Origin: an uncultured candidatus Brocadiaceae bacterium
GTDB lineage: Bacteria > Planctomycetota > Brocadiia > SM23-32
Direction of reading: 5' to 3'
Assembly: GCA_964421565.1 (NCBI GenBank)
Contig: CAYQXJ010000003.1
Span: 82,465 to 146,464 of the forward strand
DNA length: 64,000 bases
Under the pieces are notes generated by a model. That model was not told where the DNA came from and ran no database searches. It saw only the letters and a list, made by a program, of their open reading frames with translations. Positions within the stretch are counted from its first letter, which is position 1. Each line of letters begins with the position of its first letter. A program made the position numbers and the translations under genes. Positions 7,438-16,544 of the stretch are shown piece after piece.

Positions 7438-9597
7438 TCAAACGGCCGGCTCGATCGCCAGGATCTTCCAGCGGCGCTCCTGTGAACCGCCTTTGTACGT
7501 GACAACGTCGCCGACCTCACGTCCCATGAACACCTCGCCGAGAGGGGCGTTGTAGGCCAGGATGTCCTCGGCGGGCCTGGCGTCCCAGGGGCCGAGGAAC
7601 GCGATCGACCGTTCTTCGCCGCTTTCCACGTTGCGCACGCGAACCCGGCTTCCCACCGTAACGTGGTCGGCGGACGCCAGCTCTCGGGTGATAACGCGGG
7701 CCTCGGCCAGCTCCTCCTGCATGCGCCCTGCCCTCTCAGCCAGCCGGGCCCTTTCCTCCACGGCAGCGCTGTATTCGGCGTTCTCGCTCAAATCGCCGAA
7801 CTGCGCCGCCTGACCAATCTCTCGGATGACCTCCGGTATACGCTCGTGGACGATGTACTCGAGTTCCTGCCGCCTCTTCTCCATCCCGGTTTCCGTCGTG
7901 TAGATGACCGGCTCCTTCCAAGGCGGCACGTGCTTGACGAAAAGAGAGGGATCCACTTCCTGCAAGATGCTCAGCAGGTGCTGCCGCTGGTGATCGGTGA
8001 GCGCAGGATGGTACTCCGCCAGCCCTTTGACGGTCGCGATCTTCTGCGGCCGAGCACGAGCCAGGGCATCTGCCAGAGGACGTCCGTCGCGCAGGAACAG
8101 GGCCGAGCGCAGTTCGTGCACGCGCGCTTTGCGTTCGTCCTCGTCCATCTGCTGCGATCTGACAACTGTGGACGCCTCCACCAGCAGCCGTATCGCCAGC
8201 TCCACAACCTCCACCTGCACGGGCAGGTTGCTCTGCGCGCCGGTGGCCTCCCGCCAGAGCCACGACAACGCGCCCGGAGACGGGTCCGGCCGAGTCATCA
8301 AGTCGCGGCACGCGCGCTGCAGTTCGCGCTCATGCCCTGCCGCCAGCCGTCTGGCCGCCAGCGCAGCCACATCGCGCTGCGCCACCGGGAGCACCGCCGC
8401 GTAGAACTGCGGCCACTCGTCCGCTGCCCTGTGCCGCACGTAGTCGAGCACGCAGACCAGCACCTCACTGTCCTTTACCTCGGCGACCAATTCCTCGGGC
8501 CCCCGAAGCACGCGACGAAGGCGTGCTTCGTCGGGTTCAGGGCAGTCAAGTTCTCCGCAGGCCCGCCCGAGAGCATGGATGACGGCGTCGCCGCAGACGG
8601 CCACCGTCCCGCCGGCCTGCCCGGTTGCTTCCACGACAAGGTCGACGACTTCCTGAAGCTCCTGAGGTTCGGGGCGACCGTGCTGACGGGCCTCCTGCAA
8701 CAGGTGCAGTGCCATGCTCCACTGTTCGGAGGGGTCCGTGAGGCGGCGGAAGCGACGCAACAACCGCTCCCCGTGCGAAAGCGGTTCGCTGCGCAGAAAG
8801 ACCGAAGGGGATTTGCCCTCCGTAACGCCGATCAGCGAAGAGCGCTTGAGGGCCTCCCGAGCCTTTGACCACCAGCGCGACCATGAGCCGACTACCGGCT
8901 GCAGGTAGATGCGCAGCCGGCGGGCTTCCATCCGACGGTCCAGCGAGCCGAGTACGATCTGCATCAGCTCCTCCGGGTCGTCCTCCGCCAACTTTTGCAG
9001 GCGCTCTTTTTCGAAAACGGCCAGCGCTCGGAAGTCGTCCGGATCGATCGGCTCAAGCCGTCCGACAAACGCCAGACCGTACGACCCTTCGGACTCGCCG
9101 AAGTCAACGATCAAGCCGCCCTGCTCCGAATCGAACGCATGCACACGCCCGACAGCCCCCTTGCGCGGATCAAGCACATAGGCGCCCGGGTGCAGGGAGA
9201 GCGCGTTCTCGAGCGCGTGCAGCGATTCGTCGGTCGGCATCGTCGGGGCACGCAGAGTCAGGTCCACCAGGGCCTCGATGTCCTCCCTGTCGTCGCGAAC
9301 CTGCACGTACAGGTCGGCGAGCAGTCCACGCACCAGGTTGCTCTCAGGGAGCGCCCGGCCTGCTCGCTCCGCCACCGCCAGCGCTTTCTCGTTCTCAGCA
9401 CGCTCTGTCAACGCGTCGATAAGGTACCAGGCAAGCGTCTCCGCTACATCCTCGTGCCCTCGCTCGGCGAGCAGCGCCGGCACGGCCATCATCTGCTCCG
9501 CGTCGGCCTCAACATCGGTCACGGCCTCCATCCAAGCGCCCTCAAGGTCGCGGAGTTTGGCCTTCTTCGCCAGCTTCAGCAGTTCTTCCGTCGCCAT
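7438..9597 (-). CDS. Large (719 aa) protein with a C-terminal GreA/GreB-type transcript-cleavage-factor domain
   Basis: The C-terminal ~155 aa match the GreA pattern (GDLSENAEYSAAVEERARL coiled coil; VTVGSRVRV...LGPWDA...AYNAPLGEVFMGREVGDVV). Track ORF extends to 10137, but that part is Arg-rich and overlaps the + strand GH130 gene. ATG 9597 (MATEELLKLAKKAKL) is preferred. Confidence 0.75.
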   Translation of the reverse strand: MATEELLKLAKKAKLRDLEGAWMEAVTDVEADAEQMMAVPALLAERGHEDVAETLAWYLIDALTERAENEKALAVAERAGRALPESNLVRGLLADLYVQVRDDREDIEALVDLTLRAPTMPTDESLHALENALSLHPGAYVLDPRKGAVGRVHAFDSEQGGLIVDFGESEGSYGLAFVGRLEPIDPDDFRALAVFEKERLQKLAEDDPEELMQIVLGSLDRRMEARRLRIYLQPVVGSWSRWWSKAREALKRSSLIGVTEGKSPSVFLRSEPLSHGERLLRRFRRLTDPSEQWSMALHLLQEARQHGRPEPQELQEVVDLVVEATGQAGGTVAVCGDAVIHALGRACGELDCPEPDEARLRRVLRGPEELVAEVKDSEVLVCVLDYVRHRAADEWPQFYAAVLPVAQRDVAALAARRLAAGHERELQRACRDLMTRPDPSPGALSWLWREATGAQSNLPVQVEVVELAIRLLVEASTVVRSQQMDEDERKARVHELRSALFLRDGRPLADALARARPQKIATVKGLAEYHPALTDHQRQHLLSILQEVDPSLFVKHVPPWKEPVIYTTETGMEKRRQELEYIVHERIPEVIREIGQAAQFGDLSENAEYSAAVEERARLAERAGRMQEELAEARVITRELASADHVTVGSRVRVRNVESGEERSIAFLGPWDARPAEDILAYNAPLGEVFMGREVGDVVTYKGGSQERRWKILAIEPAV

Positions 9598-9743
9598 GCG
9601 GCGGCTCTCGTTTGCTTGTGGGGTTGATGCGCGCCTCGGCGTGACGCGCCTTCTGGCACTATACCGCTTGCAGGCTCTCTTCACAACAACGCGGGCGTTG
9701 CGCTTGATTGCAGCCCACGTCTGATGGTAATCGTGAAACGACC

Positions 9744-10691
9744 ATGGGCAAGAACGTAAAACTCCAGAGGAACGCCGTCGAACGCTACGAGGGCAATCCG
9801 ATCCTGACCCTCGCCGATCTGCCCTTCCGCGCGAGCGATGTCCACAATGCTGGCGCCGTTCGTCACGCGGGGCAGTACATCCTGCTGGTGACCGTGGAGA
9901 GCCTGCAGGGCTCCTGCTCGATCTATACTGCCCGCAGCGACGACGGGCGGCATTTCTGTGTCGAAGAGGACCCAATCCTCGCCCCTTCGCTGGAGGGCCC
10001 CTTCGCCCCCTACGAGACCGAAGGGGTGCGCGATGCGCGCATAACGCTTTTCGATGGCGTCTATTACGTCTTTTATCTGGCCCATAGCCAGTACGGATTC
10101 CGGCTTGCTCTGGCGCGGACGGAGGACTTCGAGACAATAGATCGCGTTGCGCTCGTCAGCGAGCCGGACACCAAGAGCGCAGGGCTCTTCCCCCGCAGAA
10201 TCGCCGGGCGTTACGCCCGGCTCGAACGCCCCAACGAAGGCGGCAACATCTGGATCAGCTACAGCGATGACCTGACATACTGGGGCGACTGGGACTGCGT
10301 GCTGACGCCTCGGGCCGGCTACTGGGACTGTGACCGCATCGGCGTCGCCGTGCCACCGATCTGGACCCATTGCGGATGGATGGTTTTCTACTACGGCGTG
10401 AAAAACACTCCGTCGGGACCGATCTTCCGTCTGGGGGTGGCCTTCCTCGACCACGAAGACCCCACGCGCGTCGTCGGCCGGTCGAACATACCCCTGCTGG
10501 CTCCGACCGAACACTATGAGCGCATCGGCGACGTAAGCAACCTGGTCTTCTCCTGTGGCGCGCTGATGGACCACGAGGAACGCAAAGTAGAGATATACTA
10601 CGGCGCCAGCGACAGTTGCATCTGCCTCGGCACAGTCGGGTTCGAGGCACTGGAGAGCACCTGCATGGGCGAACCTCAGGAGGGCGTCTGA
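9744..10691 (+). CDS. GH130-family glycoside phosphorylase/hydrolase (beta-mannoside type, DUF377 fold), copy 1
   Basis: ERYEGNPILT...GVRDARITLFDGVYYVFY...LFPRRIAGRYARLERP...IYYGASDSCICL pattern. ATG 9744 chosen within track ORF 9708..10691. Confidence 0.8.
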   Translation: MGKNVKLQRNAVERYEGNPILTLADLPFRASDVHNAGAVRHAGQYILLVTVESLQGSCSIYTARSDDGRHFCVEEDPILAPSLEGPFAPYETEGVRDARITLFDGVYYVFYLAHSQYGFRLALARTEDFETIDRVALVSEPDTKSAGLFPRRIAGRYARLERPNEGGNIWISYSDDLTYWGDWDCVLTPRAGYWDCDRIGVAVPPIWTHCGWMVFYYGVKNTPSGPIFRLGVAFLDHEDPTRVVGRSNIPLLAPTEHYERIGDVSNLVFSCGALMDHEERKVEIYYGASDSCICLGTVGFEALESTCMGEPQEGV

Positions 10692-10693
10692 AC

Positions 10694-11623
10694 ATGGTCA
10701 CCTTGCAGGAGCAAGACCTGCTGGAACGCTACGAGGGCAATCCAGTCATCACGGCGGCCGATATCCCGTTCACGTGTAACACGGTCTTCAACGGCGGCGT
10801 GCTAAAGCTGAACGAAATCTACACGATACTGCTCCGCGTGGAAGGGCAGCACGGTTACTCGGTGTTCGCCCTCGGTCGGAGCCGGGACGGATACCAGTTT
10901 GAGATAGAGCGCCTGCCCGTCATGATCCCCGCCGGTGAAGGCCCGATGAGCAGGTACGAGGTGGCCGGCGTCGAGGACCCGCGCATAACTTTGCTCGAGG
11001 GCGATATCTACGTGGTCTACACTGCCTTCAGCGGTTACGGCCCGGTGATGGCATTGGCGCGCACGGAGAACTTCTCGACCTTTGAGCGACTCGGCATCAT
11101 CAGCGAACCCGGCAACAAGGACGGCATGCTATTCCCCCGCAGGGTCGCCGGGCGGTATGTGCGCTTCGACCGCCCAATCGGCAACGGCGTCGGAAGGATC
11201 TGGGTTTCTTTCTCCGAAGACCTCGAGCACTGGGGCGATTCGCGGGCCGTAATCTCGCCACGACCAGGCTACTGGGACTCCTACCGCATCGGCGCCTCCT
11301 GCGTGCCTATCGAGACGGAAACCGCCTGGTTGGAGATATACCATGGCGTGAAGATGACATCCAGCGGCCCCATCTACCGGGCAGGGGTCGTGCTGCTCGA
11401 CCTGGAAGACCCCTCCGTTGTGGTCGCGCGCAGCGAGGTGCCCGTCCTGGCGCCTCGCACGGACTACGAGCGGATCGGCGACATCAACAACGTCGTCTTC
11501 CCCTCGGCGGCAGTTTTGGAAGACGACGGCGAGGTCAAGGTCTACTATGGGGCAGCCGACACCTCCATCTGCGTGGCGACCGCCACCCTCCAGGAACTCA
11601 TGGACGTCGCCACCCAGAAGTAG
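10694..11623 (+). CDS. GH130-family glycoside phosphorylase/hydrolase, copy 2 (tandem paralog)
   Basis: Collinear with copy 1 (ERYEGNPVIT, GVEDPRITLLEGDIYVVYTAF, LFPRRVAGRYVRFDRP, VYYGAADTSICVA). ATG 10694 after AGGAGG. The longer track ORF 10616.. overlaps copy 1. Confidence 0.8.
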   Translation: MVTLQEQDLLERYEGNPVITAADIPFTCNTVFNGGVLKLNEIYTILLRVEGQHGYSVFALGRSRDGYQFEIERLPVMIPAGEGPMSRYEVAGVEDPRITLLEGDIYVVYTAFSGYGPVMALARTENFSTFERLGIISEPGNKDGMLFPRRVAGRYVRFDRPIGNGVGRIWVSFSEDLEHWGDSRAVISPRPGYWDSYRIGASCVPIETETAWLEIYHGVKMTSSGPIYRAGVVLLDLEDPSVVVARSEVPVLAPRTDYERIGDINNVVFPSAAVLEDDGEVKVYYGAADTSICVATATLQELMDVATQK

Positions 11624-11632
11624 CAGCAGCGT

Positions 11633-12751
11633 TCAGGCCGCGTAACCCAACGCGTCAATGATCTGGCCGCCGTTGGGCAGTTCATCGGCCGCCCACCCGA
11701 ACTCGGACTGGAAGCGCTGAAGCACCTGCTCGTTTATGCGCCACCCCATGGTGTCTCGGCGCAGGCGCGTAGCCGCCACGTAGTCCACAACGGGATTGAA
11801 CGTGCCCATCAACAAGGCGTTCGGCTGGGCGCTTGGCAGGCCACCAGGCCCACCCTCGCTCGCCCACAGAGCGTCGATGATGACAAGCTGCTGGCGAGGG
11901 AAGAGGACTTCGCCTGTCGCGGGGTCCATCTCGCCCAGTATCTGGGGCGTCTTGTTAATGCCGATCAGGTAGTCAGCTCCGCCGCCCTCCTGGTGGCTAA
12001 GCCTCGGGTTAAAGGTCCCGAAGTGGTGTTTCATGGCCATGGTGAAGCCACCGAACTGCGCGTTGTGGCCCTTACAAAGGGCGATGTTCACCAGGATGTC
12101 CACATCGCCTGCAACAACATGGTCGAGGCAGACCGAAGTGCGAGAGCCGTCGAAGTACGGCTCAGGAACGGTTACCTCGGCATTGTACCCGCCCCACTTG
12201 CTCTCCATATGGACGCCCTCCGGCAGGCCCTTCCACGGGTTGCCGGGCATGCTGCCACCGTGGCAGGCGTCGTAGATGTGAATGTTCTGCGTTTTCACGC
12301 CGACCTGGTCAGTCAACACGCGGCACACCTTGCCCATCACGGCACTCCGCGTACGCTGCTGAGCGATCTGGTTCGTCTTGATCGCCACGGTCACGTCGCT
12401 CCAGCTCTTGCCCGCCGGTTTCACGAAGATGCCCTTCCACGCGCTCGCAGCGTCGCGCTGCTCGGCAAGGGCCATGGCCATCCGGTCCACGTTATCCGAT
12501 ACCACATCCGAGGCGACCATCGGATCACGGACGGCCCACCCCGTGTTGACGCTTTGCCCATCGACCATCTTGGGGTCGCGCACACCCACGACTCGCAGCC
12601 GGTCGATGTTCGGATGCAGCCGCGTGCCCGGCTCATACGCTTCCACGTGACGCGGAACGAAGATGTGAGGGACGGCGCTGGCGGCGAGCGCCCCTGCAGC
12701 GGCCGTCTTCAGGAAACCCCTGCGCGAGATCCTCTTGCGGCTGTTAGCCAT
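11633..12751 (-). CDS. Tat-signal DUF362-domain protein
   Basis: Twin-arginine leader MANSRKRISRRGFLKTAAAGALAASAV. DUF362-like core (VTVAIKTNQIA...). Family assignment is by recollection. Confidence 0.6.
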   Translation of the reverse strand: MANSRKRISRRGFLKTAAAGALAASAVPHIFVPRHVEAYEPGTRLHPNIDRLRVVGVRDPKMVDGQSVNTGWAVRDPMVASDVVSDNVDRMAMALAEQRDAASAWKGIFVKPAGKSWSDVTVAIKTNQIAQQRTRSAVMGKVCRVLTDQVGVKTQNIHIYDACHGGSMPGNPWKGLPEGVHMESKWGGYNAEVTVPEPYFDGSRTSVCLDHVVAGDVDILVNIALCKGHNAQFGGFTMAMKHHFGTFNPRLSHQEGGGADYLIGINKTPQILGEMDPATGEVLFPRQQLVIIDALWASEGGPGGLPSAQPNALLMGTFNPVVDYVAATRLRRDTMGWRINEQVLQRFQSEFGWAADELPNGGQIIDALGYAA

Positions 12752-12995
12752 GGCCTTCTACCCCCGGCATGAGCGTTACCAGCACGGCCGGCTGTTGCCG
12801 ATCCGTATTCCTCAATCTAACCGCTCGCCCCCATGCGCGGCAAATGCCGGGCATCATCGCGGGACGACATGCTGTTGCATGTGGCCCGCCGCTCCCTTAG
12901 AGTACATCACCGGCCCGCACCGCACGGGGGAAGAAGCGCCGGCGTGGCTGAGGCACACGCCGACGTGCACGGACGGCGCCGAGAAAGGGGTAGCC

Positions 12996-13477
12996 ATGCC
13001 CGGGGCGACGAATGAAGAGATCGCCGACATCCTGCTGTACGTCGCCGACATGCTGGAGACTAAGGACGAGAATCCCTTCCGGGTACGCAGTCACCGTCGC
13101 GCCGCCACCACCCTTCGCCAACTGAACCGCCCGTCGGGCTCCTGCTCGATCTGGACGAGCAGTACCGCACCAGCGCCGAAGCCGGCGAGCTTCGTACCAT
13201 CGCCCCGAAGCGGTTCAACCCCGAACAGGAGGCGTGGCTGCCCGTTTAAAGGACGAAGCGCGAGGGCTGGGACTTCACCGTTCTGTTCTCAAATACCGCA
13301 CGGGCCCATGAGCTCGGCCGAACCCATGACTGGGGCGTCATCTACTACGAGAAGGCCGACGCCAAAGACCAGTGCACAGTTGTGACCGCGGGTTCCGGCC
13401 CGCTCGAAGGCAAGCGGGTAGTGCGAGGGCGGGAAGCCGAGTGTCAAGACTACTACCAGGAAGAAGGTGACATCTGA
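12996..13477 (+). pseudogene. Disrupted helix-hairpin-helix DNA-binding protein gene (PolX 8-kDa-domain-like N-terminus): one frameshift plus an in-frame TAA
   Basis: Phase-0 frame from ATG 12996 gives [46 protein letters not shown], which parallels the PolX N-terminus at 17650. Coding signal then continues in phase 2 ([36 protein letters not shown]), hits TAA at 13247-13249, and resumes in the same phase (REGWDFTVLFSNTARAHELGRTHDWGVIYYEKADAKDQCTVVTAGSGPLEGKRVVRGREAECQDYYQEEGDI) to TGA 13475-13477. Confidence 0.55.
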
Positions 13478-14151
13478 TGGCCCGCTTCAAGGACCGCAGG
13501 GACGCAGGACGCCACCTGGCAGAGAAACTGTCGAGCTACGCCGGTCGCGACGACGTGGTTGTTCTCGCTCTGCCGAGGGGTGGCGTTCCAGTCGGTTTCG
13601 AAGTGGCCCGGCAGCTCGGTGCCCCGCTCCATGTCTTCCTGGTGCGCAAGCTCGGCGCCCCCGGGAATCCCGAACTCGCAATGGGCGCCATTGCCACCGG
13701 GGATATGCGCGTAATGAACCAGGACGTGGTAAGTGCGCTCAGGATCTCCCAAGATCAGATCGAGCAAGTGACCGAGCGTGAGCGCAAGGAGCTGAAGCGC
13801 CGAGAGGAGGCGTACCGCGGCGACCGGCCTGCACCTGAAATCGAAGGTAAGGTGGTTATTCTGGTCGACGACGGGTTGGCCACCGGAGCCACCATGCGCG
13901 CCGCCGTTCAAGCCGTACGCACCAGGAACCCCGGGCGCGTTATCGTTGCAGTCGGCACTGCGCCACCCGAGACGGCCGACGACTTTCGCGCAGAGTTCGA
14001 TGAGCTGGTGTGCATCATGACACCGCGGCCTTTCTTCGGTGTCGGCGGCAGTTACCAGGACTTCTCCCAGACGGGTGACGAAGAGGTGCGCGAGCTGCTG
14101 GAGCGAGCGCGACAGTGGAGTCAAGAACCACAAGAGGGCAACGATGAATGA
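13477..14151 (+). CDS. Phosphoribosyltransferase-family protein
   Basis: PRPP-binding loop VVILVDDGLATGATMRAA and N-terminal FKDRRDAGRHLA typical of this stand-alone PRTase family. ATG overlaps the upstream TGA (ATGA). Confidence 0.85.
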   Translation: MARFKDRRDAGRHLAEKLSSYAGRDDVVVLALPRGGVPVGFEVARQLGAPLHVFLVRKLGAPGNPELAMGAIATGDMRVMNQDVVSALRISQDQIEQVTERERKELKRREEAYRGDRPAPEIEGKVVILVDDGLATGATMRAAVQAVRTRNPGRVIVAVGTAPPETADDFRAEFDELVCIMTPRPFFGVGGSYQDFSQTGDEEVRELLERARQWSQEPQEGNDE

Positions 14152-16540
14152 TGGCGGAAACTACATACGATGGTTCGACGAGCTGACGGGCGAAGACGTG
14201 CCCGCCGTGGGCGGCAAGAACGCCAGTCTGGGTGAGATGATCCGTGAACTCAAGGACCGCGGCGTGCGTGTGCCCGACGGCTTTGCGACCACCGCCGCCG
14301 CCTACCGTGAGTTCATGACGGCCAATGACCTGGACGAAGCCGTACGGGAGGAACTCGGGGGGCTTGCCGATGACCTGTCGAACCTGGAAGACGTCGCCGG
14401 CGCCATTCGAAAGCGCGTCGAGGATGGCGAGTTCCCGGATGCGCTCGCCGAGACCGTGCGGGAGGCCTACGCCGAGCTGTCCGAGCGCTACGAGTGCGAC
14501 GAACTCGACGTAGCCGTGCGCAGCAGCGCCACCGCCGAGGACCTGCCCGAGGCCAGCTTCGCCGGGCAACAGGAGACCTACTTGAACGTCACCGGCGCCG
14601 ACGCCGTGCTCGATGCCGTGCGCAGTTGCTACGCGTCCCTCTTCACGGACCGCGCCGTCAGCTACCGCGAGGAGCAGGGCTTTGACCACATGGACGTCGC
14701 CCTTTCGGCGGGCGTTCAGAAGATGGTCCGCTCGGACAAGGCCTCTGCCGGCGTGATCTTCACCATCGACACCGAGACCGGCTTCCCCGACGTGGTGGTC
14801 ATCAACGGCTCCTGGGGCCTCGGCGAGACGGTGGTGCAGGGCAGCGTCACACCGGACGAGTACCGCGTGTTCAAACCGGCGCTTACCGACGCAGAAAGGT
14901 CGCCCATCATCCATAAGAGCGTCGGCGCCAAAGAGCACAAGGTCGTCTATGGCGAAGGTGAAGACGCCACGCAGAGGATAGAGACTTCGCAAGAAGAGCG
15001 CCGTTTGCTCGTGCTGGACGATGACGAGGTGCTGCGCCTCGCCCGCTGGGCCTGCGATATCGAAGAGCACTACGCCCGTCCGATGGACATCGAGTGGGCC
15101 AAGGACGGTGAGAGCGGCGAGTTGCTCATCGTGCAGGCGCGGCCGGAGACGGTGCAGTCGCAGAAGAAAGCCGCCACGTTGAAGAGCTACAGCCTTCAGC
15201 AAGAGGGTGAGGTGCTGGCGGAGGGGCTCGCAATCGGCGTGGCCATAGCCGCGGGCAGGGCCTTCGTGCTGAAGGATATCGACCAGGCCGACCGTTTCGA
15301 GAAAGGCGGCGTGCTGGTAACGACCATGACGGACCCCGACTGGGTGCCCCTGATGGAAGCCGCCAGCGCGATCGTCACAGACCATGGGGGGCGCACCAGC
15401 CACGCCGCCATTGTGAGTCGCGAACTCGGCGTTCCCGCCGTGATCGGCACCGAAGATGCCAGCGACGCCATCGCCGACGGCACCATGGTCACCGTATGCT
15501 GCGCCGAAGGCGAAACAGGCTATGTCTACGAAGGCGAGCTGGAGTTCGAGCAGACCGAGCTGGACCCCGACGACCTCCCGGAAACCGAGACCGCGATCAT
15601 GATGAACCTTGCCAGCCCGGAGGCCGCGTTCCGCTGGTGGGACTTGCCCGTGGAAGGAATAGGGTTGGCTCGCATGGAGTTCATCATCAACAACATCATC
15701 GAAATACACCCACTCGCCCTCGTGCATTTCGACGAAATAGAGGAAGACGAAGTGCGCAGGCAGATCGAGGAGCGCACCGCCGGCTACGAGGAGAAAGCTG
15801 AGTACTTCGTGGAGCATCTGTCGCGCGGCATCGCTAAGATCGCGGCTTCACAGTACCCGGGCCCATGCATTGTGCGCCTGAGCGACTTCAAGAGCAACGA
15901 ATATGCAGACCTCATCGGCGGTGCTCGGTTCGAACCGGACGAAGCGAACCCCATGCTCGGTTTCCGGGGGGCAAGCCGCTATTACAGCAAGAGCTATCGT
16001 CCCGGCTTCGAGCTGGAATGTCGGGCACTCCACCGGGCTCGTCAGCACATCGGTCTCGACAACATCATCCCCATGGTTCCCTTCTGCCGCACGCTGAACG
16101 AGGCCGATCGCGTGCTCGACGTGATGCGGGAAAACGGGCTTGCACGAGGCGAGGACGGCTTGAAGGTCTACGTCATGGCGGAGATACCCTCGAACGTCGT
16201 GCTGGCGCCAGAGTTTGCCGAGCGTTTCGACGGGTTCTCGATCGGAACCAATGACCTGACGCAACTCGTTCTGGGCGTAGACCGGGACAGCGAAGAGCTG
16301 GCACAGCTCTTCGACGAACGCGATCCCGCCGTCCGGCAGATGGTGCGGGATTTGATCGAACGTGCGCACGAGTCGGGCACCCACGTCGGTATCTGTGGCC
16401 AGGCGCCGAGCGATCACCCCGACTTCGCCGGGTTCCTGGTCGAAGCGGGCATCGACTCCATCAGTGTCAACCCGGACAGTGTAATTGCGGTGCGGCAAAG
16501 CGTGGCCGAGAGGGAATCGCAGAGGGCAACGGAGGACTGA
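14144..16540 (+). CDS. ppsA: Phosphoenolpyruvate synthase (pyruvate, water dikinase)
   Basis: N-terminus MNDGGNYIRWFDELTGEDVPAVGGKNASLGEM, phosphohistidine region GGRTSHAAIVSRELGVPAV, C-terminal PEP-utilising TIM domain (GFSIGTNDLTQL). ATG 14144 chosen inside track ORF 14039..16540. About 798 aa, the expected PpsA size. Confidence 0.9.
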   Translation: MNDGGNYIRWFDELTGEDVPAVGGKNASLGEMIRELKDRGVRVPDGFATTAAAYREFMTANDLDEAVREELGGLADDLSNLEDVAGAIRKRVEDGEFPDALAETVREAYAELSERYECDELDVAVRSSATAEDLPEASFAGQQETYLNVTGADAVLDAVRSCYASLFTDRAVSYREEQGFDHMDVALSAGVQKMVRSDKASAGVIFTIDTETGFPDVVVINGSWGLGETVVQGSVTPDEYRVFKPALTDAERSPIIHKSVGAKEHKVVYGEGEDATQRIETSQEERRLLVLDDDEVLRLARWACDIEEHYARPMDIEWAKDGESGELLIVQARPETVQSQKKAATLKSYSLQQEGEVLAEGLAIGVAIAAGRAFVLKDIDQADRFEKGGVLVTTMTDPDWVPLMEAASAIVTDHGGRTSHAAIVSRELGVPAVIGTEDASDAIADGTMVTVCCAEGETGYVYEGELEFEQTELDPDDLPETETAIMMNLASPEAAFRWWDLPVEGIGLARMEFIINNIIEIHPLALVHFDEIEEDEVRRQIEERTAGYEEKAEYFVEHLSRGIAKIAASQYPGPCIVRLSDFKSNEYADLIGGARFEPDEANPMLGFRGASRYYSKSYRPGFELECRALHRARQHIGLDNIIPMVPFCRTLNEADRVLDVMRENGLARGEDGLKVYVMAEIPSNVVLAPEFAERFDGFSIGTNDLTQLVLGVDRDSEELAQLFDERDPAVRQMVRDLIERAHESGTHVGICGQAPSDHPDFAGFLVEAGIDSISVNPDSVIAVRQSVAERESQRATED

Positions 16541-16544
16541 GACG

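Noticed and set aside
9598-10137. N-terminal 180-codon extension of the GreA-fusion ORF, and analogous 5' extensions of track ORFs at 1978, 9708, 10616, 14039, 16485, 19310, 27760, 32153, 45661 and 50876
   Set aside because: The extensions are Arg/Gly/Pro-rich, overlap neighbouring genes, and precede internal ATG/GTG codons that have good RBS spacing and match known family N-termini.
12735-13385. 216-codon track ORF treated as one intact gene
   Set aside because: Only the segment from ATG 12996 to about 13130 has homolog-like sequence in this frame. After that the real coding signal moves to another phase, and the remainder of this ORF is Ser/Pro/Thr-rich out-of-frame translation.
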